Part shown: piece after piece, positions 28,835 to 38,300 of the stretch
Position numbering within the stretch: the stretch's first letter is position 1
Layout of the letters: each line of letters starts with the position of its first letter
Assembly: GCA_946534605.1 (NCBI GenBank)
Contig: CAMNCU010000003.1
Span: 954-64,953 of the forward strand
DNA length: 64,000 nucleotides
Reading direction: 5' to 3'
DNA from: an uncultured Ruminococcus sp.
GTDB lineage: Bacteria; Bacillota; Clostridia; Oscillospirales; Ruminococcaceae
Notes under the pieces: generated by a model
Databases searched by the model: none
The model's input: only the letters and a program-made list of their open reading frames with translations
Told to the model about the DNA's origin: nothing
Position numbers and translations under genes: made by a program

Positions 28835-29042
28835 TTTTTCTTTCAGCTTCTTTCTTCATAAGATTTGAATCACATTCATTATACCATAAACGGCAGGAAA
28901 TTTGCTATTCGCATTATGAACAAATAACACGGACAGAATGCGATTGTTTTCGACAAATCCGTGATACACTGCCGGACTGTTTCTATTATAGCAGAAATCT
29001 GAAAAAATTGCAAGGGCTAATCAGAAAATACTTGAAGTCCCC

Positions 29043-29071
29043 TTGCAAAATTTGTGAAAATGTGCTAAAAT
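29043..29071 (+). promoter_or_regulatory. Sigma-A-type promoter
   Basis: TTGCAA (29043..29048), 17-nt spacer, TAAAAT (29066..29071). The -35 lies in the right arm of a 9-bp inverted repeat (29008..29016 / 29040..29048). Confidence 0.5.
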
Positions 29072-29109
29072 AAGAATAGCATATTTTTGAGAAAAGGAGA
29101 TAATGCTGT

Positions 29110-31488
29110 ATGAAATTTCAAAAAATTGCCTGTTCTGTCACGGCATTCCTGCTAACAGCTGTCATGATGCCTGTTCCGGTACAGGCTGAGAACAAGCTTG
29201 TCGATTCCGGCATGAACTATCAGGAGAGTACCGAGACTATCAATAATCCGGGGGCTGGGTATACCAAAACTTTATGGTATAAGTGCAAGCCCGGTGAAAC
29301 TGCCGTCCAGAATCCGACCGGAAATCTGGTGCTGATGTTTATTGATATCGGGGCATTCTCTTCCGGCGCGAACGGAACTACTTCAACAGATGCCGACGGA
29401 AATGAAGTCTATACCGAAGGAACAGACTATGACCTTGATGAACAGTTTTTCACAGCCATGCGCGGAACGCTCGAAAACTGCCGGAAAAACGGCTCAACCG
29501 TTGCCGTCAGATTCCGCTATGATGCCAACGGCAAAACCAATCCTGAACCGGCAAGCTTTGAACAGGTGCTTCATCACATTCAGCAGATTAAAGAAAACGG
29601 CTTCCTGGAAGACTATAAAGATATTCTCATGTATGTCGAATCCGGCTTTGTCGGCGCATGGGGCGAACAGCACAGCGGAAAATATACCTCTCTGGAATAT
29701 AAAGCACAGCTTCTTGATGCGGTTCTGGATATGACTCCGGATGATATTCCCGTCACCGTCAGAACGCCGAATATCTTCGCGAAATGGGCTGGCATTGAAA
29801 CCAAAGACCTCGCGGACTGGGTTTCCGAACCCGGCAGTCAGGCTTCCAGAGTCGGTCTGTATAATGACGGCTATATGGGTTCTGATTCCGACCTCGGAAC
29901 GTATTCCAACAGAGAAATTGAAACGACATGGCTCGGCAGTCAGACCGTCAGAACCTACTACGGCGGAGAGTTCTCCGGCGCACTCGACTGGGCGAAAAAA
30001 TACGATACATGGGAACCACAGAACGCCATTCCCGAAATGTACAAGACCCATCTGAGCTATATCAATTCCAATATCTATACGATGTATCAGGACTATACGT
30101 TCGGTGAACAGTATGACGTTTCCGGCGTGGATAATTCGGCATATTACGGACAGACGGTCTTTAAGTTTATCCGTGACCATCTCGGCTATCGCTTTGTTGT
30201 CCGTGACTGTGACCTGAATCAGACCGCTGAACAGGGGAGTACATTCAATCTTGATTTTTCAGTTGAGAATACAGGCTTTGCAAATCCCATCCGACCGCAG
30301 AACGCTGAAATCATTCTCGAAAAAGACGGAAATTATGTCGTTCAGGATATTGACATTGATTCCCGTGAGTGGTATTCCTGCACGACTTCACAGGAGAATC
30401 TTGAAATTCAGGTTCCCGGCAATCTGGAAGCAGGGGAATGGAATGTTTATTTAAGGCTGTCTGTCGGGAATCAGGACATTCCGGACGGCAATTTAAGAAC
30501 TGTACAGTTCGCGAATCCAGATATCTGGAACGCTTCCCTCGGCGCGAACAAGATGGGTTCTGTTCAGATTACTGAAACAAAAGATTCTGTTAAGAAAGCA
30601 AATTATCAGTCTGATTTGTATACTTCCGGGAATGTTTTTATCTTTGACGGCATCCGTTCCAGTGATTCGGAATGGACGGAACAGAATCTTATCGCGGAAT
30701 CCGGAGAAAATAAACTCTACATGTCCGCAGATGACAAATATTTATATATCGGCGCGGAAGTACATCACAACGTCGAAAAGCCTGTCTGGAATCTTCGGTT
30801 GGAACATGACGGCGATTCCTACTGGATTTACTATCAGTCCGCCGGATGGTGCTACTATTCCAAAGGCGACGACCATACCGGCTTTGATTTCAAGAAAAGT
30901 GCTGATTTCGCAGAATTCAAGATTGATATGAGTTCTATGAATATCCAGTCCGGAACAGTTTTCGATAAAGTCAGAATCTTCGTGCAGGATGAGGGCGACG
31001 GCTGGAAGGGTGCCGGCGAACTTATCGCGGAAGGCTGTACGCTGAACAGCAGTTTTCCGGTATACTCGGCATATCAGAAAGTCTCTCTGAAAGAGCACCA
31101 GGAATATACCATGCAGGCGGTGACTTCTCTGGAGAATGTTTCTTATCAGTGGCTGAAAGACGGTGAGGAAATTTCCGGCGCGGACAGCAGAACGCTCACG
31201 CTGAAAGATATCAGTCAGGCATCAGCAGGGGACTACTCTGTCAAAATTACGGCTGAAAATGGTACAGCTCAGGAAATTTTATTATATACTGTTGAGAATG
31301 TCTATCCGGCGGAAGCTGTCCGGAAAGGCGATTTGAATGCTGACGGTGCTGTCGATATCAAAGATATCAAATTATTACAGGACTATCTGCACAAGCATGA
31401 AGTTAAGATTCAGGGTGATGCTGACATGAACGGTGACGGCATCTGGAATATCTATGACCTGATTTTATTAAAACGGAGCATTAAATAA
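29110..31488 (+). CDS. Dockerin-bearing putative glycoside hydrolase (DUF4874/DUF4832-like) with an Ig I-set-like domain
   Basis: Signal peptide. GFVGAWGEQH-type motif in the N-terminal TIM-barrel-like region. Ig-like segment YQWLKDGEEISGADSRTLTLKDISQASAGDYSVKITAENG. C-terminal dockerin GDLNADGAVDIKDIKLLQ...DMNGDGIWNIYDLILLKR. Confidence 0.55.
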   Translation: MKFQKIACSVTAFLLTAVMMPVPVQAENKLVDSGMNYQESTETINNPGAGYTKTLWYKCKPGETAVQNPTGNLVLMFIDIGAFSSGANGTTSTDADGNEVYTEGTDYDLDEQFFTAMRGTLENCRKNGSTVAVRFRYDANGKTNPEPASFEQVLHHIQQIKENGFLEDYKDILMYVESGFVGAWGEQHSGKYTSLEYKAQLLDAVLDMTPDDIPVTVRTPNIFAKWAGIETKDLADWVSEPGSQASRVGLYNDGYMGSDSDLGTYSNREIETTWLGSQTVRTYYGGEFSGALDWAKKYDTWEPQNAIPEMYKTHLSYINSNIYTMYQDYTFGEQYDVSGVDNSAYYGQTVFKFIRDHLGYRFVVRDCDLNQTAEQGSTFNLDFSVENTGFANPIRPQNAEIILEKDGNYVVQDIDIDSREWYSCTTSQENLEIQVPGNLEAGEWNVYLRLSVGNQDIPDGNLRTVQFANPDIWNASLGANKMGSVQITETKDSVKKANYQSDLYTSGNVFIFDGIRSSDSEWTEQNLIAESGENKLYMSADDKYLYIGAEVHHNVEKPVWNLRLEHDGDSYWIYYQSAGWCYYSKGDDHTGFDFKKSADFAEFKIDMSSMNIQSGTVFDKVRIFVQDEGDGWKGAGELIAEGCTLNSSFPVYSAYQKVSLKEHQEYTMQAVTSLENVSYQWLKDGEEISGADSRTLTLKDISQASAGDYSVKITAENGTAQEILLYTVENVYPAEAVRKGDLNADGAVDIKDIKLLQDYLHKHEVKIQGDADMNGDGIWNIYDLILLKRSIK

Positions 31489-31491
31489 CAT

Positions 31492-31806
31492 ATGCACAAC
31501 GGCAGAGTAATAGTATGGATGATGACGGCGACTTTCTTCATGATGATACTGGACAGCCTGCTTGCGTATCTCTTTCAGTCGCTGCTACATTTCAGAATTT
31601 CTGATATGCTTTCCGATGATTTTGAAATGATGTTCCTGCTGTTTTTCTTACTTCCGGTTATGGTTGCCGGTGCTTGTGCTATTATTTATGATGTCAGATT
31701 TGACAGAGATGCAAGAAAAGCCTATTTTGAAAGAGAAGTTAAAATAATTGCATTGGTAAATTTAATATCTGTAATCGGATTTTGTATATTAGGAGCGATA
31801 GCATGA
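31492..31806 (+). CDS. Small membrane protein, hypothetical
   Basis: 104 aa with three predicted TM segments. Begins 4 nt after the upstream stop. Confidence 0.45.
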   Translation: MHNGRVIVWMMTATFFMMILDSLLAYLFQSLLHFRISDMLSDDFEMMFLLFFLLPVMVAGACAIIYDVRFDRDARKAYFEREVKIIALVNLISVIGFCILGAIA

Positions 31807-32330
31807 ATGACTGGAAATCTACAGAATGGCAGGAAAGAACGTGGCAGAAGCCTTCCCGTTACTGGATTCGCGACGAGATAGAAGAAATCATCAAAGAAGA
31901 AAGCATCGACAGAACCAGATTCGGTGAGTATTCCAAATTCCGATATGATAAAATTATCAGAAGATTTTATTATACTTTCTGCGACTATCAGAATTTTACG
32001 CCGTCTGTCATTCCTCTGGAACATTATCACATGCATCTCCGTCAGAATCTGGAATGTGAATGCATTGCCGGATTTCTCCGGTCGTGTAACTGGATAACCT
32101 ATCTGGAAGAAATCCGGAACGAAATCCCGGAATCAGCAGACAAGTGCTTCCTGATTTTATCCGAAGGCTGGGTTTATGAAGGCTGTCCGGAAGAAATCAG
32201 AAAAGTCCTGAGCGAAACTGACGGCTGGCTTGATGATTTCATCATCTTATCCAACAAATTTGAATGGTTTGTCATTCATGATGACATTGCGGAATGTGCT
32301 TTCCTGTATCGGAGAAATTGTGCAAAATGA
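31803..32330 (+). CDS. Hypothetical cytoplasmic protein
   Basis: 175 aa from ATG 31803 (ATGA overlap). No recognised motif. Confidence 0.45.
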   Translation: MNDWKSTEWQERTWQKPSRYWIRDEIEEIIKEESIDRTRFGEYSKFRYDKIIRRFYYTFCDYQNFTPSVIPLEHYHMHLRQNLECECIAGFLRSCNWITYLEEIRNEIPESADKCFLILSEGWVYEGCPEEIRKVLSETDGWLDDFIILSNKFEWFVIHDDIAECAFLYRRNCAK

Positions 32331-32376
32331 CGAACAAATCAGCAGGGGAGTGCCTCCCCTCTCATCATAATCAACA

Positions 32377-32406
32377 AAAACAGCACTCTTTTCAGGGTGC
32401 TGTTTT
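32377..32406. terminator. Bidirectional terminator
   Basis: Arms AAAACAGCAC and GTGCTGTTTT between convergent genes. Confidence 0.65.
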
Positions 32407-32410
32407 ACTC

Positions 32411-32848
32411 TTATTCTTCTAATAACCGGATAGCGTTCTGATATTTCTCGAATCGTTTCAGAGCCTTTTCATCAATTTTATCCAGTCTCGATAAGTCGCT
32501 GTTATGGCGCAAATCAGCCAGTTTGACGGCTCTTGCAATCGGATTTTGCTTGATTCGCAGAACATATTCTGTATATTCTTCACCGGAATCATGCGTCAGC
32601 AGGGAAACGGCTTCCACAACATTTTCAGAAAAGCCCATGTTTCGCAAGTCCTGAACCGATAGGGGAGTGTCTTCCACAACATCATGGAGCAGGGCAGTGG
32701 TGACAGTTTCTTCTGTTGTCATCTGTTCCGCCAGATGAAACGGGTGGAACACATAAGGCATACCGCTTTTGTCAACCTGGTGCTGATGGGCTTCAAAGCA
32801 GAGTTTCAGGGCTTTTTTCGTCTGTTCTGTATAAATCATAGCAATCAT
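32411..32848 (-). CDS. HD-domain (p)ppGpp-hydrolase-like protein (small alarmone hydrolase type)
   Basis: 145 aa with RelA/SpoT hydrolase-domain motifs (HPFHLAEQ, LLHDVVEDT). Confidence 0.65.
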   Translation of the reverse strand: MIAMIYTEQTKKALKLCFEAHQHQVDKSGMPYVFHPFHLAEQMTTEETVTTALLHDVVEDTPLSVQDLRNMGFSENVVEAVSLLTHDSGEEYTEYVLRIKQNPIARAVKLADLRHNSDLSRLDKIDEKALKRFEKYQNAIRLLEE

Positions 32849-33636
32849 TCCTCATCATAAGACGGCATGGGCGGAGCGGTTTCCGGAGCTTCCGGTTCCG
32901 GTTCTTGCGGAGAAGTCATAGGCGGAGCGGTTTCGGGCGGATTGGTTATCGGGGGAGCGGTTTCCGGAGCTTCCGGTTCCGGTTCTTGCGGAGAAGTCAT
33001 AGGCGGAGCGGTTTCGGGCTTTTCGGTAATGACCTGAACAGGTTCGGTCTTTCTGACCGCTGTTGTTTCGGCAGGTCTTTGCGTCGTGTAAACCACGGGC
33101 GGAGCCGTAACGGGAACGGTTTCTGTTTCTGTGGTGATGTTTCTGGTTGTGCCGTTCTGGTCAGTATATCTTCTGACAGTTGTGCTTCCATCACTGCTGC
33201 CGGTATTTGTACCGGATTCCAGAGTATCGGCAGTTGTCATAGTACCGGATTCACTGGTTTCTGTAGCGGCTGTTGTGGATTTTTTGCCGGAATATCGCGT
33301 TGATTCGTAAAAATTATCATAAAACTCTGTTGTAGTAGATGTGACAGCTGTAGAAGTATGCGGTGCAGTGGTGACAACTTCTACAAACTCAAAAGAAACC
33401 GCAGTCGTTTCAGAGGTTGTCTGCATCTCGTTCTGAATATAGTTGTTTGTTCTGGGTGCGCGTTTCGCGAGATTCACAAAACCGAATCCGAGTACTGCAA
33501 TAATTGCGATAATCAGAATTGCAATCAGAATCATCGGTGCAATTCTGGAAATGACGGATTCAGATTCGGCTTCTTCGTAATCATCTTCGACAGGAACATC
33601 GATATCCATATCACGATTGTGGTGATTTTGTGCCAT
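32845..33636 (-). CDS. Membrane-anchored Thr/Pro-rich repeat protein
   Basis: Acidic N-terminus, one TM segment (IAPMILIAILIIAIIAVLGFGF), and a Thr-rich then Pro/Glu-rich C-terminal tail carrying a 27-aa tandem repeat. Confidence 0.5.
   Translation of the reverse strand: MAQNHHNRDMDIDVPVEDDYEEAESESVISRIAPMILIAILIIAIIAVLGFGFVNLAKRAPRTNNYIQNEMQTTSETTAVSFEFVEVVTTAPHTSTAVTSTTTEFYDNFYESTRYSGKKSTTAATETSESGTMTTADTLESGTNTGSSDGSTTVRRYTDQNGTTRNITTETETVPVTAPPVVYTTQRPAETTAVRKTEPVQVITEKPETAPPMTSPQEPEPEAPETAPPITNPPETAPPMTSPQEPEPEAPETAPPMPSYDEE
32871..33020 (-). repeat. 81-bp in-frame tandem duplication (2 copies)
   Basis: GGAGCGGTTTCCGGAGCTTCCGGTTCCGGTTCTTGCGGAGAAGTCATAGGCGGAGCGGTTTCGGGC starts at 32873 and again at 32954. 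It encodes PETAPPMTSPQEPEPEAPETAPP. Confidence 0.8.
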
Positions 33637-33794
33637 GATAAAAACTCCTTTTTAAATTTTTTTGAAAATAGAATTCTTTGTTTATTCTAACACAAACAGC
33701 GAAAAATGTCAAGAGGGAGAAATATATTCAAACTTGCGCCAAATATCAATTTTGTGCAAGTTTGAACTGCAAATCTGCCGAAGCTTCAAAATAC

Positions 33795-33823
33795 TTGACA
33801 AAAATCAGAAAACGAGATATAAT
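33795..33823 (+). promoter_or_regulatory. Consensus sigma-A promoter of a micro-gene
   Basis: TTGACA (33795..33800), exactly 17 nt, TATAAT (33818..33823). Confidence 0.7.
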
Positions 33824-33846
33824 AAATTTAGAAAGGAGTTGGTATT

Positions 33847-33924
33847 ATGACTATCATTATGAACATTACTGACAGCCAGATGGAACGTGTTCCGGATTTA
33901 AAATTGGAAAACTGGATTGAGTAG
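33847..33924 (+). CDS. 25-aa micro-protein (MTIIMNITDSQMERVPDLKLENWIE)
   Basis: GAAAGGAG ends 8 nt before ATG 33847; TAG at 33922..33924. A consensus promoter precedes it and an intrinsic terminator follows. Below the ORF-track size cut-off. Confidence 0.5.
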   Translation: MTIIMNITDSQMERVPDLKLENWIE

Positions 33925-33934
33925 AGTATGTTAT

Positions 33935-33966
33935 CCCCTGTTTCTTATGAAACGGGGGTATTTTTG
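33935..33966 (+). terminator. Intrinsic terminator of the micro-gene
   Basis: CCCCTGTTTC, loop TTAT, GAAACGGGGG (one G-U pair that works only on the plus-strand RNA), followed by TATTTTT. Confidence 0.75.
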
Positions 33967-34051
33967 ACTTTGTGCAATATGCTGAATCATGCAATAGACT
34001 AAAGACTTCTGTTTTAGTCAAAGTGCATAAATCGGATTTGTTTCCGTACAC

Positions 34052-34080
34052 TTGCCTTTTGAAATAAAATATGTTATAAT
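34052..34080 (+). promoter_or_regulatory. Sigma-A-type promoter of the CDF transporter gene
   Basis: TTGCCT (34052..34057), 17-nt spacer, TATAAT (34075..34080). Confidence 0.6.
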
Positions 34081-34117
34081 TTTTATGATAAGATTATTTT
34101 CAAGGAGTCTGATTACT

Positions 34118-35254
34118 ATGTTGATTCAAAACGAACAGAACGAAAACCGGGATAAAATTATTATCCGGACGAGTATTATCGGCATTGCCGCGAATGTGCT
34201 TCTTGCCGGGTTCAAAGCCGCTGTCGGCATTCTGGCGCATTCGATTGCGGTCACGATGGATGCTGTGAACAACCTCAGTGATGCCGGGTCTTCCCTGATT
34301 ACCATTATCGGAACGAAACTCGCCGGAAAACAGCCGGATAAAAAACATCCGTGGGGCTATGGCAGAATTGAATATCTCAGTGCTATGCTGATTGCCGTGA
34401 TTGTACTTTATGCCGGTGTGACTTCCCTGTCCGAATCTGTGAAAAAAATCATTTCTCCGGAACTGCCGGATTACTCTGCTGTTTCGCTGGTTATCGTCAG
34501 CGCGGGCGTGCTTGTGAAGATTCTGCTCGGACAGTTTGTCAAGAAAACAGGCGAAAAAGTCAATTCTGATGCGCTTGTGAACTCCGGCACGGATGCCCTG
34601 ATGGATTCCATTATTTCGGCATCGACGCTGGCAGCCGCTGTGATTTATCTGCTGTTTCATGTCAGTCTGGAAGCGTGGCTTGGCGCGGTGATTTCGGCGG
34701 TGATTATCAAATCCGGAATTGAAATGCTGAAAGATACGCTTTCCGAGATTCTCGGTGAACGAATCAGCCCGGAAACCGCAAAGGCGGTCAGAAAATGCAT
34801 TCTCTCCTTCCCTGAAATCAGCGGCGTGTATGATATGATATTCCATGATTATGGTCCCGACAGAATCAACTGTTCCGCACATATCGAAATCCTGGATACC
34901 ATGACAGCAGACCGGATAGACCAGCTTCAGAGAGATATTACAATGAAGCTGTTTCAGGAACAGAATATTATCCTGACAGCCCTGAGCGTCTATGCCGTCA
35001 ATACCAGAGACAGCCATGTAAAGGAAATCCGGAATCAGATTTATAAAACAGTTCTGAATCTGGAACATGTCATTCAGGTACATGGCTTTTACCTGAACGA
35101 AGCCGAAAAAAGAATGCAGTTTGATGTCATTGTCGACTTTGATGCCGAGGACAGAACTGCGGTTTATCAGCAAGTGATGCAGAACGTCAGCAGTTTATAT
35201 CCGGAGTATCAGTTATTGTGTACTTTAGATACAGATTTCAGTGTCAGCGAATGA
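34118..35254 (+). CDS. Cation diffusion facilitator (CDF) family metal efflux transporter
   Basis: 378 aa from ATG 34118 after CAAGGAG. Six TM segments with HSIAVTMDAVNNLSDA, and a C-terminal cytoplasmic domain. Confidence 0.8.
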   Translation: MLIQNEQNENRDKIIIRTSIIGIAANVLLAGFKAAVGILAHSIAVTMDAVNNLSDAGSSLITIIGTKLAGKQPDKKHPWGYGRIEYLSAMLIAVIVLYAGVTSLSESVKKIISPELPDYSAVSLVIVSAGVLVKILLGQFVKKTGEKVNSDALVNSGTDALMDSIISASTLAAAVIYLLFHVSLEAWLGAVISAVIIKSGIEMLKDTLSEILGERISPETAKAVRKCILSFPEISGVYDMIFHDYGPDRINCSAHIEILDTMTADRIDQLQRDITMKLFQEQNIILTALSVYAVNTRDSHVKEIRNQIYKTVLNLEHVIQVHGFYLNEAEKRMQFDVIVDFDAEDRTAVYQQVMQNVSSLYPEYQLLCTLDTDFSVSE

Positions 35255-35273
35255 TAATTGTTTGAAAAAACAC

Positions 35274-35302
35274 TTGTCATTCGCTGACAAATATGCTATA
35301 AT
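35274..35302 (+). promoter_or_regulatory. Sigma-A-type promoter of the ABC/FtsX gene
   Basis: TTGTCA (35274..35279), 17-nt spacer, TATAAT (35297..35302). The -35 overlaps the right arm of a 12-bp inverted repeat (35243..35254 / 35277..35288). Confidence 0.55.
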
Positions 35303-35361
35303 AAAACAATACAGAAGATAAAAATCAAGAGTTCAGCCATAAGGAAAGGAGTTATGATGCT

Positions 35362-38300
35362 ATGCTGCAAATCAAAAATATCCGGAAACAGTATGTCACT
35401 GGTGATTTGGTGCAGACAGCCCTTGATGATGTCAGCCTGAATTTCCGCGATAATGAGTTTGTTGCCATTCTGGGACCTTCCGGCTCCGGTAAAACGACAA
35501 TGCTGAATATTATCGGCGGTCTGGACAGATACGATTCCGGCGACCTGATTATCAACGGCATTTCGACAAGACAGTATAAAGACAGAGACTGGGATTCCTA
35601 CCGGAATCATACGATAGGATTTGTATTTCAAAGTTATAATCTGATTCCGCATCAGAGCGTACTCTCGAACGTGGAACTTGCCCTGACGATTTCCGGCATT
35701 TCCAAAGCGGAACGCCGCAGACGTGCCAAAGAAGCCCTCGAAAAAGTCGGCCTGGGAAATCAGGTGCATAAAAAGCCGAACCAGATGTCCGGCGGACAGA
35801 TGCAGAGGGTCGCCATCGCCAGAGCTTTAGTAAACAATCCGGCGATTCTCCTCGCCGACGAACCAACCGGCGCACTGGATTCTGAAACCAGCGTGCAGGT
35901 CATGGAAATGCTCAAGGAAGTCGCCAGAGACCGCCTTGTTATCATGGTGACGCACAATCCGGAACTCGCCTATGAATATGCCACCAGAATTGTCAAGGTT
36001 AAGGACGGCAGAATTCAGGAAGATTCCATGCCGTTCGATTCCGCCAAGGAACAGCCCGGTCATCACGAGAATATGGGAAAATCTTCCATGTCCGTCCTGA
36101 CTGCCTTAGGACTGAGTTTCAACAACCTGAAAACCAAGAAAGGCAGAACACTCCTGACTTCCTTTGCCGGGTCAATCGGCATTATCGGAATTGCCCTGAT
36201 TCTGTCACTCTCCAACGGTGTCAACACTTACATTCAGGACTTGCAGAAAGATACCATGACTGCCTATCCGATTTCGATTGAAGCGCAGTCTTTTGATTTT
36301 ACCACACTGATGCTTTCCGGACAGAACAAGAAAAAAGAAAAGTTTCTGGAAGATGCCGACCATAAGCTTGACGGCGTATACTCGGACGGCAGCAATCTGG
36401 AAATGGCTTCCACGTTCAAGACCAGCCTGAAAGAAAACAATCTGACCGAATTCAAGAAATACCTGGATGACCCGGAAAGCGAAATTAACAGCTATATCGG
36501 AGAAAATGGCATTGTCTATAATTATGATACCCGTTTCAGCGTCTTCACGCATGACGAAGACGGCGAACTCGTCAACACGGACGGCAGTACCCTCTCCGAA
36601 GATAATAACTATATGGTCAACATGATGCTGACTACCAGTTTCACCAGTACCATGCCTTCCAACAGCTCCAATAACTTTGAACAGCTCATGCCCGGCGCAG
36701 AAGGCACACTTGTCAGCCCCACAGTTACACAGCATTATGATTTGCTTTACGGCTCCATGCCGAATGCTTATAACGAACTGGTTCTTGTACTCGACAAACA
36801 GAACGAAATTCCCCTCACTGTCCTGTATCAGCTCGGCTTTCTGCCATCGGAAGAATATAAAGACCTGATGAAACGCGTCCGGGACGGCGAAGAAGTCACC
36901 CTCGATTCCCAGAAAATCAGCTATACAGAAATATGCAGTCAAAAATTTTATCTTGTTCCCGAATGCGATTTCTATGAAGAAAAACAGGACGGCTTATTCA
37001 AGAAAACAAATGCTTCTGATACAGAGAAAATCGAAACGCTTCTTGATGATGCGCTGGAACTGAAAATTACCGGCGTTATCCGCCCGAATGATGATACTGA
37101 CACAACTCTCATCAACAGCGCGGTCGGCTATACCCATGCCCTGACGGAATATCTGATTGACTATACCAATAAGAGCGATGTTGTCCGCGCTCAGGAAAAA
37201 CAGGAAGATGTCAATATCCTGACTGGTATGCATTTTGACGCTGACAACGACAAAAAAGAGAAAATTCAGGATATTACAAATTATATCAATGATTTGGGCA
37301 TTTCTGAAAAAGCGATGATGTATCAGACAACCATGATGATTGAACAGATGCGGAAATCCGACAGTTCCAAAGATGAAGAAGAAACAACAGAAAACTCTCC
37401 CGTACAGAACGTTTCCTACCAGTCTCCGCGTGACGCACAGGTGTTCGGACTCGCCTTCCATCCGGAAAGCGTCTCTGTCAGACCGCTTTCGGAACTTTCC
37501 TTCCCGGAAGAAGAAACTTTCACCGAACCCGAAGAACCGGAAACAGCCTTCACAGAAACATCTTTCTCCGAATCAGAAACCATTCCGGAATCCGATACCG
37601 AACCAGAAACAGAATCCATTCCGGAAGAGACGGAAGAACCTACAGAACCCGAAACCGAAAGCGATTCCGCTTCCGAAACAGAATCCGAGAGTGAATCCGA
37701 ACCGGAAAGTGAAACGGAATCCGAATCCGAAACAGAAGCTCTCCCCCCTGACCTCACGCCCGAACTGCTGATGCAGTACCTCGAACAGCTGAAAGAAAAT
37801 ATTGCAAATGCCATCGGCACGGAAAAAGAAAATATCGACGCGGCTATCGAAAGCCAGAAACAAGCCGCTGAACAGAGACAGCAGTATCTTGATAATGCAA
37901 TGCGAGCCGGAGACGAACTTCTGCATGATTTCTATCATACACTCAAAGCAATTGCTTCTCTGGGCAATCTGATTCCCGATACCAGCAGCATGTCACAGGA
38001 AGACCTGCTCCGCATGTATCTCGAACAGATGGGCGGCGGTGCAGCTTCCGGCGGCGGCATGAATATGCAGGATTTAATGTCCATGTACAGTTCCGCTTCC
38101 GGTATGCAGGATTTGCTGAATCAAGGCTCCGGCGGTCAGAGCTTGCAGGATTTAATGTCCATGTATACAGCCGCCTCTGGAATGCAGGATTTGCTGAATT
38201 TTTCCTCGAATCCGGCGGCAATGTCCGGAACAGGCACTTCCGCACAAGACCTGATGAAAATGTATACAGCCGCTTCCGGCGTTTCTCAGGAAGATTTGAT

